From: Spirochaetia bacterium
GTDB taxonomy: Bacteria; Spirochaetota; Spirochaetia; SZUA-6; Bin103
Direction of reading: 5' to 3'
Assembly: GCA_965208575.1 (NCBI GenBank)
Contig: CBDBOV010000004.1
Span: 736,001 to 800,000, forward strand
Length of the DNA: 64,000 bases
Shown here: in pieces, positions 46,525-56,833 of the stretch
How positions within the stretch are numbered: position 1 is the stretch's first letter
Layout: the number at the start of each line of letters is the position of its first letter
The notes under the pieces: generated by a model
What the model was told of the DNA's origin: nothing
What the model saw: the letters and a program-made list of their open reading frames with translations, nothing else
Database searches by the model: none
Translations under genes and position numbers: made by a program

Positions 46525-49500
46525 ATGATGGTGAGCGAAGCGACGAGGAAACAGCTTGACATGGCAGGACTCCCCGCCGGTATAATCCAGAGCCCCAGAG
46601 CCCCAGAGCCCCAGAGCCCCAGAGCCCCAGAGCCCCAGAGCCCCAGAGCCCCAGAGCCCCAGAGCCCCAGAGCCCCAGAGCTGCGTCCGCGCGCGGGTGC
46701 TCCGGCGTAAGCTCCCCGTCCTCCGCAGCTAACGCATCGCGCAGGTCGAGCCCCGGCCCCTCCGAGCGTCGGCCCGCCCGCGCCGGGCGCCGTCCTCCCC
46801 CGCTTCTTTCCCGCTTCCGGCCTCTCGGCCTCGCCCGCCTCGCGCCCCTGGCGGCGTGCCTGCTGGCGGCGGCGCTGTTCCTGCTGCCGGGCGCGCAGAC
46901 CGCCGAGGCGCAGACCACGGTCAAGCTGGTCGGCAACACCGGCCAGACGTCGTGGGGCGTCAGCGACGTCGATTTCGATTTCTCGGAAACGGCGTTCACG
47001 ACCGGCAGCAACGTTGGGGGCTATGTGCTGAAGCGCGTGGAAATCGTCGCCAAGACTGGTACGGAGAACCGCAGCTTCTCCGCGACGGTCCGCGAGGGGT
47101 CCCGCACCGGCACCAGCCTGGGCACGCTGACGAACCCGACCCTGACCGGTTCCCTTGCGAACGCACAGTTCACCGCGTCCGGCAACGGCATCGCACTGAA
47201 GGCCACCACGACGTACGTCGTGGTGCTCGCCGGCACCGGGGCGAACCTTGACGCAACCACGAGCGACAACGAGGACACGGGGGCCGCGACGGGCTGGAGC
47301 ATTGCGAACACGAACCGGATTCGAGGCGGCACCAGCGCCGGCGCGTCCCTCAGGATGGAGGTCTGGGGCTACGCCAACAACGCGCCCACGGTGGCGAACG
47401 CCATTCCGGACCGGGCGGCGCTGGCGGGCACGGCGTTCAGCTACGCCTTCCCGGCCAACACCTTCGCGGACGCGGACACGACCCACACCCTGACCTACAC
47501 GGCGAAGAAGTCCGACGACAGCGCGCTGCCGTCGTGGCTGACCTTCACCGCGGGCACCCGCGCCTTCTCGGGGACGCCGGCGGCGGGCGACGCCGGCACG
47601 CTGTCGGTGAAGGTGACCGCGAGCGACGGCATCGCTTCGGTGAGCGACACCTTCGACATCGTGGTGAAGGCGTCCAACAACGCGCCGACGGTGGCGAACG
47701 CCATCCCGGACCGGAAGGCGGCGGGGGGCACGGCGTTCAGCTACGCCTTCCCGGCCAACACCTTCAACGACGCGGACGGCGACACCCTGACCTACACGGC
47801 GACGAAGTCCGACGACAGCGCGCTGCCGTCGTGGCTGACCTTCACCGCGGGCACCCGCACCTTCTCGGGGACGCCGGCGGCGGGCGACGCCGGCACGCTG
47901 TCGGTGAAGGTGACGGCGAGCGACGGCATCGCTTCGGTGAGCGACACCTTCGACATCGTGGTGAAGGCGTCCAACGCCGCCCCCACGGTGGCGAACGCCA
48001 TCCCGAACCAGTTGGCGGTGGTGGGCACGGCCTTCAGCTACACCTTCCCGGCCAACACCTTCAACGATGCGGACGGTGACACCCTGATCTACACTGTGTT
48101 CCGCAGAGACCCTGGCACTGGCACCTTTAACCTGCTGCCGGGCTGGCTGACCTTCACCGCGAGCACCCGCACCTTCTCGGGCACGCCGGCTGCGGGCGAC
48201 GCGGGCAACGTCGAGGTGGTCGTGGGCGTGTCCGATGGCATCGCCGAAACGGGCGACACCTTCGACGTCGTCGTGGTTGGTCCCCCGACGGTCAGCGGGG
48301 TCGCCATCTCGTCGACGCCCTCGCTCGATACCGACGACAGCGGCACGCCGGAGACCTACGGGCTGACCGAGGTCATCCGGGTGAAGCTCACCTTCAGCGA
48401 GGCGGTGACGGTGACCGGCACGCCGCGGCTGAAGATCAAGATGGACCCGAACTTCGGCGAGTTCTGGGCGAACTACGAGACCGGCAGCGGCTCCACGGAA
48501 CTGTTCTTCGCCTACACGGTGGTGGAGCCGAACAAGTCGCCGAACGGCATCGCGGTGCTCGAGAACACGCTGGAGCTGAACGGCGGCACGATCAGGGCCG
48601 GGACCGCGAACGCGACCCTGGCGCATGCGGGACTGGCCCACGACGCCGGCCACAAGGTGGACTGGGAGGTCGCGGGGACGCCGGAGCCGCCTCCCCGGCC
48701 TCCTCAGCCACCCCAGCCACGGGACACGACGCCGCCGCGGGTGTCAGCCGCGCCGACGGTGGACGGCGCGACGCTCACGATCGTCTTCAACGAGCGGCTG
48801 GCCCGCGGCGCAATACCCCCGGCGGCGTTCGAGGTGGTGGTGGGCGGCGGCGGCGTCACCCCGTCGGCGGTCGAGGTGGACCACGCCGGCACGGGCCGGA
48901 CGGTGACGCTGACGCTGCCGGCGCCGGTGGCCCACGGCGAGACGGTCGAGGTGCGCTACACCCGGCCCGCGGCGAGCGGCGAGCGGCTGCGCGACGTCGC
49001 GGGCAACGCGGTGGCGGACTTCACGCGGACGGTGACCAACGAGACGCCGGCGCCCCCGCCGGGATCGCCGGTGGCCGACGCCGGGGCCGACCTGGCGGTG
49101 GATCCCGACGCTTCGGTGACGCTGGACGGCTCGGCGAGCGCGGACCCCGACGGGGATGCGCTGAGCTATGCGTGGACGCAGACCTCGGGGGCGGCGGTGG
49201 CGCTGGAGGGCGCGGACACGGCGCGGGCGACGTTCACGGCGCCGGCGGAGCCGGGCGCGCTGGCGTTCCGGCTCACGGTGACCGACCCCGGCGGGCTGTC
49301 GGCCCTCGACGACGTCACGGTGACGGTGCGCGACGTGGGGCCGCGCTTCGCGGCGCCGGCGCCGGCGCCGGCGCTGACGCTGGTGCTGGACCGGGAGATG
49401 GAGCCGGTGGTGCTGCCGGCGGCCACGGGCGGCAACGGCGGCCCCCATACCTATGCGCTGACCTCGGCGCCGGCGGGCCTGGCGGGGCTTTCCTTCGATG

Positions 49501-51188
49501 CGGAGACGCGGACGCTCTCGGGCACGCCGGCGGCGGAGGGGCGCTGGACCTTCACCTGGACGGCCCATGACGGGGACTCCAACACCGCGCCTTCCGACGC
49601 CGCTCGGGTGACCTTCCGGGTGACGGTGGCGGCGACGGCGCCGGAGGTGCAGCGGCGGGCGGTGAAGCGCACCGTGGCGGCGCTGGCGGCGCACACGCTG
49701 GCGTCGGCGCTCGACACGATCGGCGCGCGGCTGAGCGGCGCCCTGCCCGGCGCGAACCTGACGCTGGCCGGCGAGTCGGTGCCGCTATTCTCTCCGTCCG
49801 GGGGGTCCGGGGCGGCCGCGGGGTGGCGCGCCGGCCCGGACCTTGGGCCCTGCCCGGTCGACGGGTTCGGCAACGGCTTCCGGCACGCCGGCTTCGGCGC
49901 GGCGCGCGGCGGCTGCGCGCCGGCAGGGCGGAGCCGGACCCTCGGGACGGCGGAGCTTCTGGGCGCGAGCGCGTTCTCGCTGACGCTCGGCGCGGCCCCT
50001 TCCGGGTCGACCGGGCGGGACGCGCGGCGGCTGGATGCCGGGGATGCCGCGCCGGCTGTCACACGGATCCGCGACGCGGGCGAGCAGGTGTGGTCGCTGT
50101 GGGGCCGGGGCGACCTGGGCGCGTTCGCGGGCCGCCCGGAGCCGGGGATGCGCTACGAGGGCGAGACGCGGACCGGCTGGCTCGGGGTGGACGCCCGGGC
50201 CGGGCGTTGGATCGCGGGCCTCGCGGTCTCGCACGGGACCGGCGAGTCCGACTACAGCTTCGCGGGCGGCGACGATCCGGCGGAGCGGGGCCGGCTTGAG
50301 ACGGCGGTGAGCGCGCTCTGGCCCTACGCGCGCTGGACCTTCGGGAACGGGCTGGAGCTGCGCGGCATGGCCGGCGCGGGGACCGGCACCTTGCGCCACG
50401 CCCCGGGCGGCGGCGCGCCGGCGGAGGAGAGCGGGCTGACGATGTGGGCGGGCTCGGTCGGCATCAAGCAGAACCTGCCGCGCGTGGTCGGGATCGACCT
50501 GGCGGCGCGCGGCGACGCGAGCTTCGCGCGGATCGCGTCCGCAGGCGGCGGGGAGACGCTCAACGGGCTGCTCGCCGACAGCTTGCGCGTGCGTGGAGGC
50601 GTGGAGGCGTCGCGGCGCTTCGCGCTGGGCGGCGAGCGGGCGCTCGTGCCGTTCCTGGAACTGGCGGCGCGGCAGGACGACGGCGACGGCGTGACCGGCA
50701 CCGGCCTGGAGCTGGCGGGCGGGCTGCGCTTCGCGGCGCCCCGCGTCGACGTCGAGCTGCGCGGCCGCTGGCTGGCGGCGCACACCCGGGAGGGCACCGA
50801 GGAACGGGGGTTGAGCGTGAACGCCCGCATAGGGCCCGGGGCGCACGGGCTCGGGCTGTCGCTGATGCTGAGCCCGCGCTGGGGCGCGGGCACGGGCGGG
50901 GCGCAGGCGCTGTGGCGCGACGAGCTGCCGACGGCGGCCGGGGCGCCGCACGGCGATGCCGGCGCGCTCGACGCGCGCATCGGCTACGGGGTCGGGGTGG
51001 CTCCGCACGGGCTGCTGACGCCATTCGCCGAGACCAGGCTCGCCGGCGATCACTGGCGCCTCCGGCTCGGGACCCGGTTCGAGGCGGCGCACGTGAATCT
51101 CGGCGTCGAGCTCGCGGGCGAGCACCGCGAGGGCGGCGCGGCCGGGCCCGAGCAGGTGCTCAAGCTCGACCTGAAGCTGCGGCAATGA
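46525..51188 (+). CDS. Autotransporter adhesin (3 cadherin-like/He_PIG, Ig-like, SwmB-like, PKD-like, beta-barrel), frameshifted in a 5' 8-bp repeat
   Basis: GAGGAG RBS plus ATG 46525 are in one frame; the signal peptide PLAACLLAAALFLLPGAQTAEAQ and the body are in another frame, open from 46560 to 51188 with no ATG/GTG/TTG before 47025. Confidence 0.88.
46556..46586 (+). promoter_or_regulatory. Perfect sigma70 hexamers TTGACA-N19-TATAAT
   Basis: TTGACA at 46556-46561 and TATAAT at 46581-46586. Confidence 0.6.
46587..46681 (+). repeat. Simple sequence repeat (CCAGAGCC) x 11 7/8
   Basis: Counted directly; perfect units. Confidence 0.97.
47374..48275 (+). repeat. Three ~297-300-bp cadherin-like domain repeats, the first two nearly identical
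   Basis: NAPTVANAIP...FSY-FPANTF-DAD...LP-WLTFTA-TR-FSGTPAAGDAG x3. Confidence 0.9.
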
Positions 51189-51236
51189 GCGCCGGCGCGT
51201 GTCGTTCACCAAACGCAAACGAACAAAGACCGCGCC

Positions 51237-51782
51237 ATGACAGCCATGACATCGGTCAACTTCACTGGCGAGATCTTCGCAGAGGGTTCTTGCTATGTGG
51301 CCGTGTGCCGGGGACTGGACGTCTCGAGCTTCGGCGACAGCCCGGGTGACCACACAATGATGACGAAACCCGGCATTCGGCGAGGGGTCGCCCCGGCGCG
51401 GGGCGATCGACTTGAGGTGGAACTGCTGGGCGCCGAGGATCTGTGTCTCTCGGTTCAGGTGCTGCAGGAGTTCTACGTCCAGGCCACCCGAGCGACTCGC
51501 GCCGAGCCCCTGCCCCACGACGACGCATTGGCTTTCATCGACACTTGGCAGCGATTCCGGGTACAGGAGGTGTCGATTGCGCTGCTTCGGGAGGCGCTGG
51601 CGGCGACCAGGCGGTGGCGCGTGTCCTACTGGGATGCCGCCATCATCGAAGCGGCGCGGATGCTCGACTGTGACCAGCTTCTCACGGAGGACCTGAACGC
51701 CGGCCAGGTGTTCGACGGGATAACGGTGGTCAACCCATTCACGGCACTAACCGATACCCCTCCCGGTGCCATCCAAGGCTGA
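51237..51782 (+). pseudogene. Chimeric TA relic: HicB-like N-terminus fused in frame to a PIN (VapC-like) domain missing its first strand
   Basis: FTGEIF-EG-YVAVC-LDVSSFGDS (HicB-like); SVQVLQEFY...SYWDA-IIEAA...LLTEDL...VVNPF (PIN). Confidence 0.7.
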
Positions 51783-51863
51783 CCGTGCAGGTCGGCCGTG
51801 AACTGGCCGAACACCCCCGCCGCCGGCCGGCGTGGCGATGCCGGCAGAGGTCTGGCTCCCCGC

Positions 51864-52565
51864 CTACACTGACCGAGTGATACCGCCATCGACACGGATG
51901 TTCTGACCGGTAATGTAGGCGGCGGCGTCCGAAGCCAGGAACGCGATCAACGCGGATACTTCCCGGACCCGGCCGTAGCGTCCGAGTGGAATGCGCTCGC
52001 GCCGCGCGGCCGCTTCCGGCAGGCTGTCGATAAAGCCGGGAAGGACGTTGTTCATCCGAATGCCGTCACTCGCATGCTGATCCGCGAACAGTTTCGCATA
52101 CGCCGCGAGCCCGGCGCGGAACACCGCCGAGGTGGGAAAGTCGGTATCCGGCTCGACGGCGGCAAATGACGAGATATTGATGATCGATCCGCCGCCTCCG
52201 CGCGCCATGACCGGCGCCGCCAGCCGCGCTGCCCGCACGGCGGCGAGAAAGTACACTTCCATGCCCTCGCGCCACTGGTCGTCGCTCAGCTCCGACACCG
52301 GGCCGCGCGGCCCGTGCCCGGCGGAATTCACCAGTACGTCGATGCGTCCCCAGCGCGCGACCGCGGCGTCGACGAGACGGCGGAGATCCTCGTTCGAGCG
52401 GTTCGACCCCGTGACCCCGACACCACCCAGCTCCCGCGCCAGCGCTTCACCCTTTCCCGACGAGGAGAGGATGGCCACCGAGTGTCCCTCGCCGACAAGA
52501 GTCCGTGCCGCGTCGGCACCCATGCCGCTGCCCGCCGCGGTCAGCACCGCCACCCGTGAAGCCAT
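51864..52565 (-). CDS. SDR oxidoreductase
   Basis: TAAGSGMG, DVLVNSAG, NNVLPG and YITGQNIRVDGG. Confidence 0.92.
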   Translation of the reverse strand: MASRVAVLTAAGSGMGADAARTLVGEGHSVAILSSSGKGEALARELGGVGVTGSNRSNEDLRRLVDAAVARWGRIDVLVNSAGHGPRGPVSELSDDQWREGMEVYFLAAVRAARLAAPVMARGGGGSIINISSFAAVEPDTDFPTSAVFRAGLAAYAKLFADQHASDGIRMNNVLPGFIDSLPEAAARRERIPLGRYGRVREVSALIAFLASDAAAYITGQNIRVDGGITRSV

Positions 52566-52653
52566 CGTCCCGACGATACCTCCCGTCAGGACGAGCGTTC
52601 AATGGTCCCGCGGTACAGTCGCGGTGTCAGTCTGGTTGTCACGGTCCGGGGAC

Positions 52654-53703
52654 TCACACTTGCGACGGCAGAGGCTCTCTGATCTCCTGGTCCTCTACGC
52701 CCGCCGCTTCACTGTGGAAATACAGGATGAAGGTTCCCAGCCAATGGCTCACGTCGTAGCCGCCGGTGAACGCGGCCGATACCGCGGCCTGCGCCTCGCG
52801 CCGCGCGCGGCCGGCCGCGGCGCGCCACCGCGGGCTCGCTGCCGCGCCGTGGCGGGCAATGGCGTGCAGGCACCAGGCACGATGGAACGCAAGTCCCAGC
52901 AGGTGCGCCGATTGCGGGTCGCCGGCGGCCGGCGCCGGCAGCGCGGCCAGCAACGGCTCCAGCGCCGCCGGCGGCAGGAAGCGGTGCAGCCAGGTGCGGT
53001 AGACGCCGGGCCTCAGAACCCGTCTCATCAGGTCGGCCTCGGCCAGGCAGGGCGACAGGAAGTCGCTTCCGGACGGCTCGTAGCGCGTCGGACAGGCCGT
53101 GTCCGCGAGAAACAGCCGCCGTGCCGCGGCGGCCAGCTTCTCGGCAGCGGCCTCGTCCCCCAAGGTGTCGAGGGCATCCAGCATCAATGCCAGCGAGAAC
53201 GCGGAGTTGGCGTGCAGTCCGTTCCGGATCGGTGCCGGCAGGCGCCGGAAGTAGGTCACCGCCCGCGCTGCCAACAGCTCGGCCAGGGGAGCCAATGCCG
53301 CCCGCCAACGCGCCGCGGAGGACGTGTCGAGCCGCGCCAGCTCCGCCGCCAGCGCCAGCAGCCACGCCCAGCCGTAGGGCGCCTCGAACAACAGCGCCTC
53401 GGGCCGGTGCAGGTAGGCGACCTCCGCCGCCACGGTGGCGGGTCTCAAGTGGTGGTCGAACACCGCGGCGGAGCGCGCGTTGACCTCGGCTTGCCGCTGC
53501 AGGCGCATCACTCGCGCCAGGCACCAGTGCGCGTGCACCGCGGAGTGCCAGTCGAAGCAGCCGCCGAACGCCGGGTGCAACCCCGTACCGCGGTCGGTCG
53601 GCGCCGTGTACACGTGGTGCGGGGCGTACGGGTAGGCGCGGTCCACGCAGGCCAGCGCCAGGCGCGCCAGCCGTGGATACAGCGTAGCGGCGTGCAGGCT
53701 CAC
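52654..53703 (-). CDS. DUF2891 family protein
   Basis: LHPAF-GCFDWHSAVH-HW, FE-PYGWAW, G-H-NSAF, EPSG-DFLSP-L-EA and HWLGTF. Confidence 0.88.
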   Translation of the reverse strand: MSLHAATLYPRLARLALACVDRAYPYAPHHVYTAPTDRGTGLHPAFGGCFDWHSAVHAHWCLARVMRLQRQAEVNARSAAVFDHHLRPATVAAEVAYLHRPEALLFEAPYGWAWLLALAAELARLDTSSAARWRAALAPLAELLAARAVTYFRRLPAPIRNGLHANSAFSLALMLDALDTLGDEAAAEKLAAAARRLFLADTACPTRYEPSGSDFLSPCLAEADLMRRVLRPGVYRTWLHRFLPPAALEPLLAALPAPAAGDPQSAHLLGLAFHRAWCLHAIARHGAAASPRWRAAAGRARREAQAAVSAAFTGGYDVSHWLGTFILYFHSEAAGVEDQEIREPLPSQV

Positions 53704-53772
53704 CGCGCATCCCCACGGCGCGCCCCGCCCGCGGGGAGACTACGGTCGAACGGCCGCGCCGCCACCGGGAAC

Positions 53773-54552
53773 CTACACCGAGACCAGTTGGCGGCGCAGT
53801 TCCGCTACGCCGGGCGGGGCCTGCGCGAGTTGGTCCTGCCACCGGCACTCCAACGAGTAGGCGCCGTCGTAGCCGATGCGGGCGAGGGCACGCAGAAACG
53901 GCCGAAAGTCGTCTCCGGCCACGCCCGGCGGCGTTCGCTCGGCCTCTTCGGCCACGTGCACGTGCCGAATCAGGGCGCCGGCGCGTTCGATGGCGTCCGG
54001 ACCCTCGTCCTCGCGCAGCATGTGGTACAGGTCCGCGAGCAGCATGACGTGCGGATGGTCAGCGGCGCGCACCGCCTCGGCGCCCTCGGTCACGCTGTTG
54101 ATCAGGTTGCACTCGGCGGTGTTCAGCGGTTCCACCACCACGGTGACGCCGGCTTCGGCCGCGGGCGGACCGACGGTCCTCAGCGCCTCCACGAACTGCT
54201 GCTCCGCACGACCGCGGTCGAAGCCCTCGTCGACCTGCCGCGAGGCGCCGCTGCCGTACACGACGATGCCGATGCCGACCTGGCGGGCGCGCCGGAACGC
54301 GGTCCGCGCGTAGCGCCGCAGCCGCTCCAGGTCCACCTCCGGCCCGGTCGAGCGCAGATCGCGCGGCAGGAACACGTTGACCGCCGGGATCGGCAGCGCG
54401 GCCAGCGCGGCGCCGTCCGGGGGCCGGAACGCCGCATCGGGCTGCTCGGGCACCAACAGCCTCAGTACGGTCTCTTCGGCGAAGTCGATCGCATCCGCGA
54501 CGGCGCGCAACTCCGCGTGCGCTCCGCACACGCCTATCCGTGGCTCACCCAT
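53773..54552 (-). CDS. Sugar-phosphate isomerase/epimerase (TIM barrel)
   Basis: VEPLN-E-N-IN, LADLYHM, HVHVAE and GYDG-SLEC. Confidence 0.88.
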   Translation of the reverse strand: MGEPRIGVCGAHAELRAVADAIDFAEETVLRLLVPEQPDAAFRPPDGAALAALPIPAVNVFLPRDLRSTGPEVDLERLRRYARTAFRRARQVGIGIVVYGSGASRQVDEGFDRGRAEQQFVEALRTVGPPAAEAGVTVVVEPLNTAECNLINSVTEGAEAVRAADHPHVMLLADLYHMLREDEGPDAIERAGALIRHVHVAEEAERTPPGVAGDDFRPFLRALARIGYDGAYSLECRWQDQLAQAPPGVAELRRQLVSV

Positions 54553-54780
54553 GCCCCCTCCTCAGCAGTCGCCTGCGTGGTTGTGCGCGAGTGTAGCGCG
54601 TTGCCGACCCCGCGTCTCGCCTATCTGCGCCGCGGCAGGCAGTGGCGAGTGTGACGCCGGCCAGTCGCCGTCACGGTCGACGGCGTGCCGGCGCAGCCGA
54701 CGGCCACCCGGACCGCGGCCGGAGGTTGCCGGCCAATGTCGTAGCGGCCAGCCGGCCTGCCTGGCGACCGTCTCTTCCGT

Positions 54781-55761
54781 TTACGGAACTGGGGCGCCGC
54801 GGCCGGCGTTGAACAGCCGGTACCACTCGGCGCGGGTCAGCGTGACGTTCACCCCGTCGGCCGCCTGCCGGATCTCCGCCGGCGTCCGGCCGCCCAGCAG
54901 CGGCTGTATGCCGGCCGGATGGCGCAGGATCCACGCGATGGCGATGGCGGCGGGATGGACATCGCGCGTCCGCGCCACGGACGCCAGTTCGCGCCGCACC
55001 GCGAGCAGCCGGGAGTCGGCCCCGGCCGCGTCCTCCCGGACCAGCCGGCCGGCGCCGAGCGGCGCCCACGCCTGCACCGTGATACTCCGTTGCATGCAGT
55101 ACGCCAGGGTACCAAAGCCGCGTACCGGGCGGTCCGGCTGTGCGTCGTTGACCACCACGGCGTCATCGATCAGGTCGGGATGCGCCAGGCTCACCTGGAG
55201 CTGGTTCACCAGCAACGGGCGATCCAGGGCGGCCTGCAGCAGCTCGATCTGCCCCGGGGCGTAGTTGCTGACACCGAATTGGCGCACTTCGCCCGCGGCG
55301 TGCAGGCGGTCGAACGCCGCCGCCACCTCCGCCGGCTCCAGCAGCACGTCCGGCCGGTGCAGCACGAGCAGGTCCAGGTACTCGACCCGCAGGCGCGCCA
55401 TGCTGCCGCGCGCGGCCGCCAGGATGTGCTCGCGGCTCGAATCGTAGCAGGTCCCCGCCCGCGAGGTGTCATCGGCGGAGCGCACCACGCCGCACTTCGA
55501 TTGCACCACCACCCGCGAGCGCAGCGTTGCGTCCAGTTGCCAGATCTCCGAGAACGCCCGCTCCGCCTTCCCGAACGCGTATACGTCGGCCAAGTCGAAG
55601 TGGTCGATACCCGCATCCAGCGCCGCTTCCAGAGCCGCGCGAGCCTTCCTCCGGCGCTCGGGAGTCAACGCTCCCGCATCCCACGGTCCGCCCAGCGCCG
55701 CGCAGCCGTAGGCCAGCCGGCTCACCAGCGGCCCGCCCCGGCCCAACTGCATCCGTTCCAT
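54781..55761 (-). CDS. Aldo/keto reductase (YdhF-like)
   Basis: FDLADVY-G-AE, QSKCG, LDLLVLHRPD, GVSN, NQL and AWILRHPAG. Confidence 0.9.
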   Translation of the reverse strand: MERMQLGRGGPLVSRLAYGCAALGGPWDAGALTPERRRKARAALEAALDAGIDHFDLADVYAFGKAERAFSEIWQLDATLRSRVVVQSKCGVVRSADDTSRAGTCYDSSREHILAAARGSMARLRVEYLDLLVLHRPDVLLEPAEVAAAFDRLHAAGEVRQFGVSNYAPGQIELLQAALDRPLLVNQLQVSLAHPDLIDDAVVVNDAQPDRPVRGFGTLAYCMQRSITVQAWAPLGAGRLVREDAAGADSRLLAVRRELASVARTRDVHPAAIAIAWILRHPAGIQPLLGGRTPAEIRQAADGVNVTLTRAEWYRLFNAGRGAPVP

Positions 55762-55924
55762 CACGCCTCCTCTGCCGTCATCGCGGACGGCGACCCCAAT
55801 GATGACACATCTGAACCACCGCCGAATCCGAACCCCGCAGTTCGTAGCTTTCTGTCGGACTTCCTCCCACGTCGACGGCGTGCGCAGGGTTCGCGTTCGC
55901 CGGCCGGTGCGGGTGCGCAGGTTG

Positions 55925-55953
55925 TTGACAGGAAAATCGGGCGCACGGACATT
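55925..55953 (+). promoter_or_regulatory. Putative sigma70 promoter TTGACA-N17-GACATT for the Uma2 gene
   Basis: Sequence match 18 nt upstream of ATG 55972. Confidence 0.45.
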
Positions 55954-55971
55954 GAAGACAAGGAAGCTGAC

Positions 55972-56619
55972 ATGGACACTGCGGTTGCCGCCGAACAGAC
56001 CGATCGACTGCGGGTCGTCACGTCCGACGACTGCACGCTCGCCGACTTGTCCGCGTTGCAGGGGCACTGGACGCAGGCGCAGTACCTGAAGCTGACGAAT
56101 GAAGCCAATCGCCTGATCGAGTTTACCGACGGACGCATCGAGTTTCTGCCCATGCCTACCCAGCGACATCAAGCGATTTCGCGATTCCTGTTCCGGGCCC
56201 TGGATTCGTTCGTTCGCGACATTGGCGGGGAGGTATTCTACGCGCCCTTGCGGCTGCGTATCCGCGACGGCAAGTTCCGCGAGCCGGATCTGCTGCTCGT
56301 CCGTGACGCCGACGACCCTCGCTGTCGGGACGACTATTGGCTTGGTGCGGATCTGGTCATGGAGGTGGTCAGTCCGGACAATCCCGACCGGGACATGGTG
56401 GACAAGCGCGTCGACTACGCTGAGGCGGGCATCCCCGAATACTGGATTGTCAACCCGCTCGACGAGACCGTGACGGTGCTCTTCCTTGCGGACGGCGCAT
56501 ACCGGGAACACGGCGTATTCCGACCGGGCGCTCACGCCGGTTCGACGGTGCTGCCCGGGTTCTCGGTCAACGTCCGGGAGTCATTCGCCGCGGCGCGGAC
56601 GCGTCAACCCGACCCCTGA
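55972..56619 (+). CDS. Uma2-family restriction-endonuclease-like protein
   Basis: IEFTDG-IE, P-HQ, REPDL, DLVMEVVSP and K-DYAEAGIPEYWIV. Confidence 0.9.
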   Translation: MDTAVAAEQTDRLRVVTSDDCTLADLSALQGHWTQAQYLKLTNEANRLIEFTDGRIEFLPMPTQRHQAISRFLFRALDSFVRDIGGEVFYAPLRLRIRDGKFREPDLLLVRDADDPRCRDDYWLGADLVMEVVSPDNPDRDMVDKRVDYAEAGIPEYWIVNPLDETVTVLFLADGAYREHGVFRPGAHAGSTVLPGFSVNVRESFAAARTRQPDP

Positions 56620-56681
56620 AGCTCAGCATTCCCGAGGCAGGGAGACCGACTCCGTCGACGTGATCGAACTGACGTGGGGAG

Positions 56682-56727
56682 TGACCCGATGATCAGGCAC
56701 AAGCTGTCCACCGGCGTGCAGACCTTC
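56682..56727 (+). pseudogene. 5' stub of the AAA gene at 58667
   Basis: 40/46 identical to 58660-58705 (MIRHKLSTGVQTF versus MIRRRLPIGMQTF). Confidence 0.8.
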
Positions 56728-56793
56728 GGCTGCCGGTCATCCGCTGCCCCTGTCCGAACCCGACTCCGAAACAGCCCTCGGTTCAAATTGACC

Positions 56794-56828
56794 TTTACAG
56801 AGTGACATATATTCCTATATTGTCACTC
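56794..56828 (+). promoter_or_regulatory. Promoter TTTACA-N16-TATATT overlapped by inverted repeat GAGTGACA-N13-TGTCACTC
   Basis: Perfect 8-bp arms directly before ATG 56834. Confidence 0.65.
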
Positions 56829-56833
56829 CTGAA

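Noticed and set aside
47025-51188. Adhesin start at GTG 47025 as given in the ORF track
   Set aside because: It lies downstream of an obvious in-frame signal peptide and inside the first domain.
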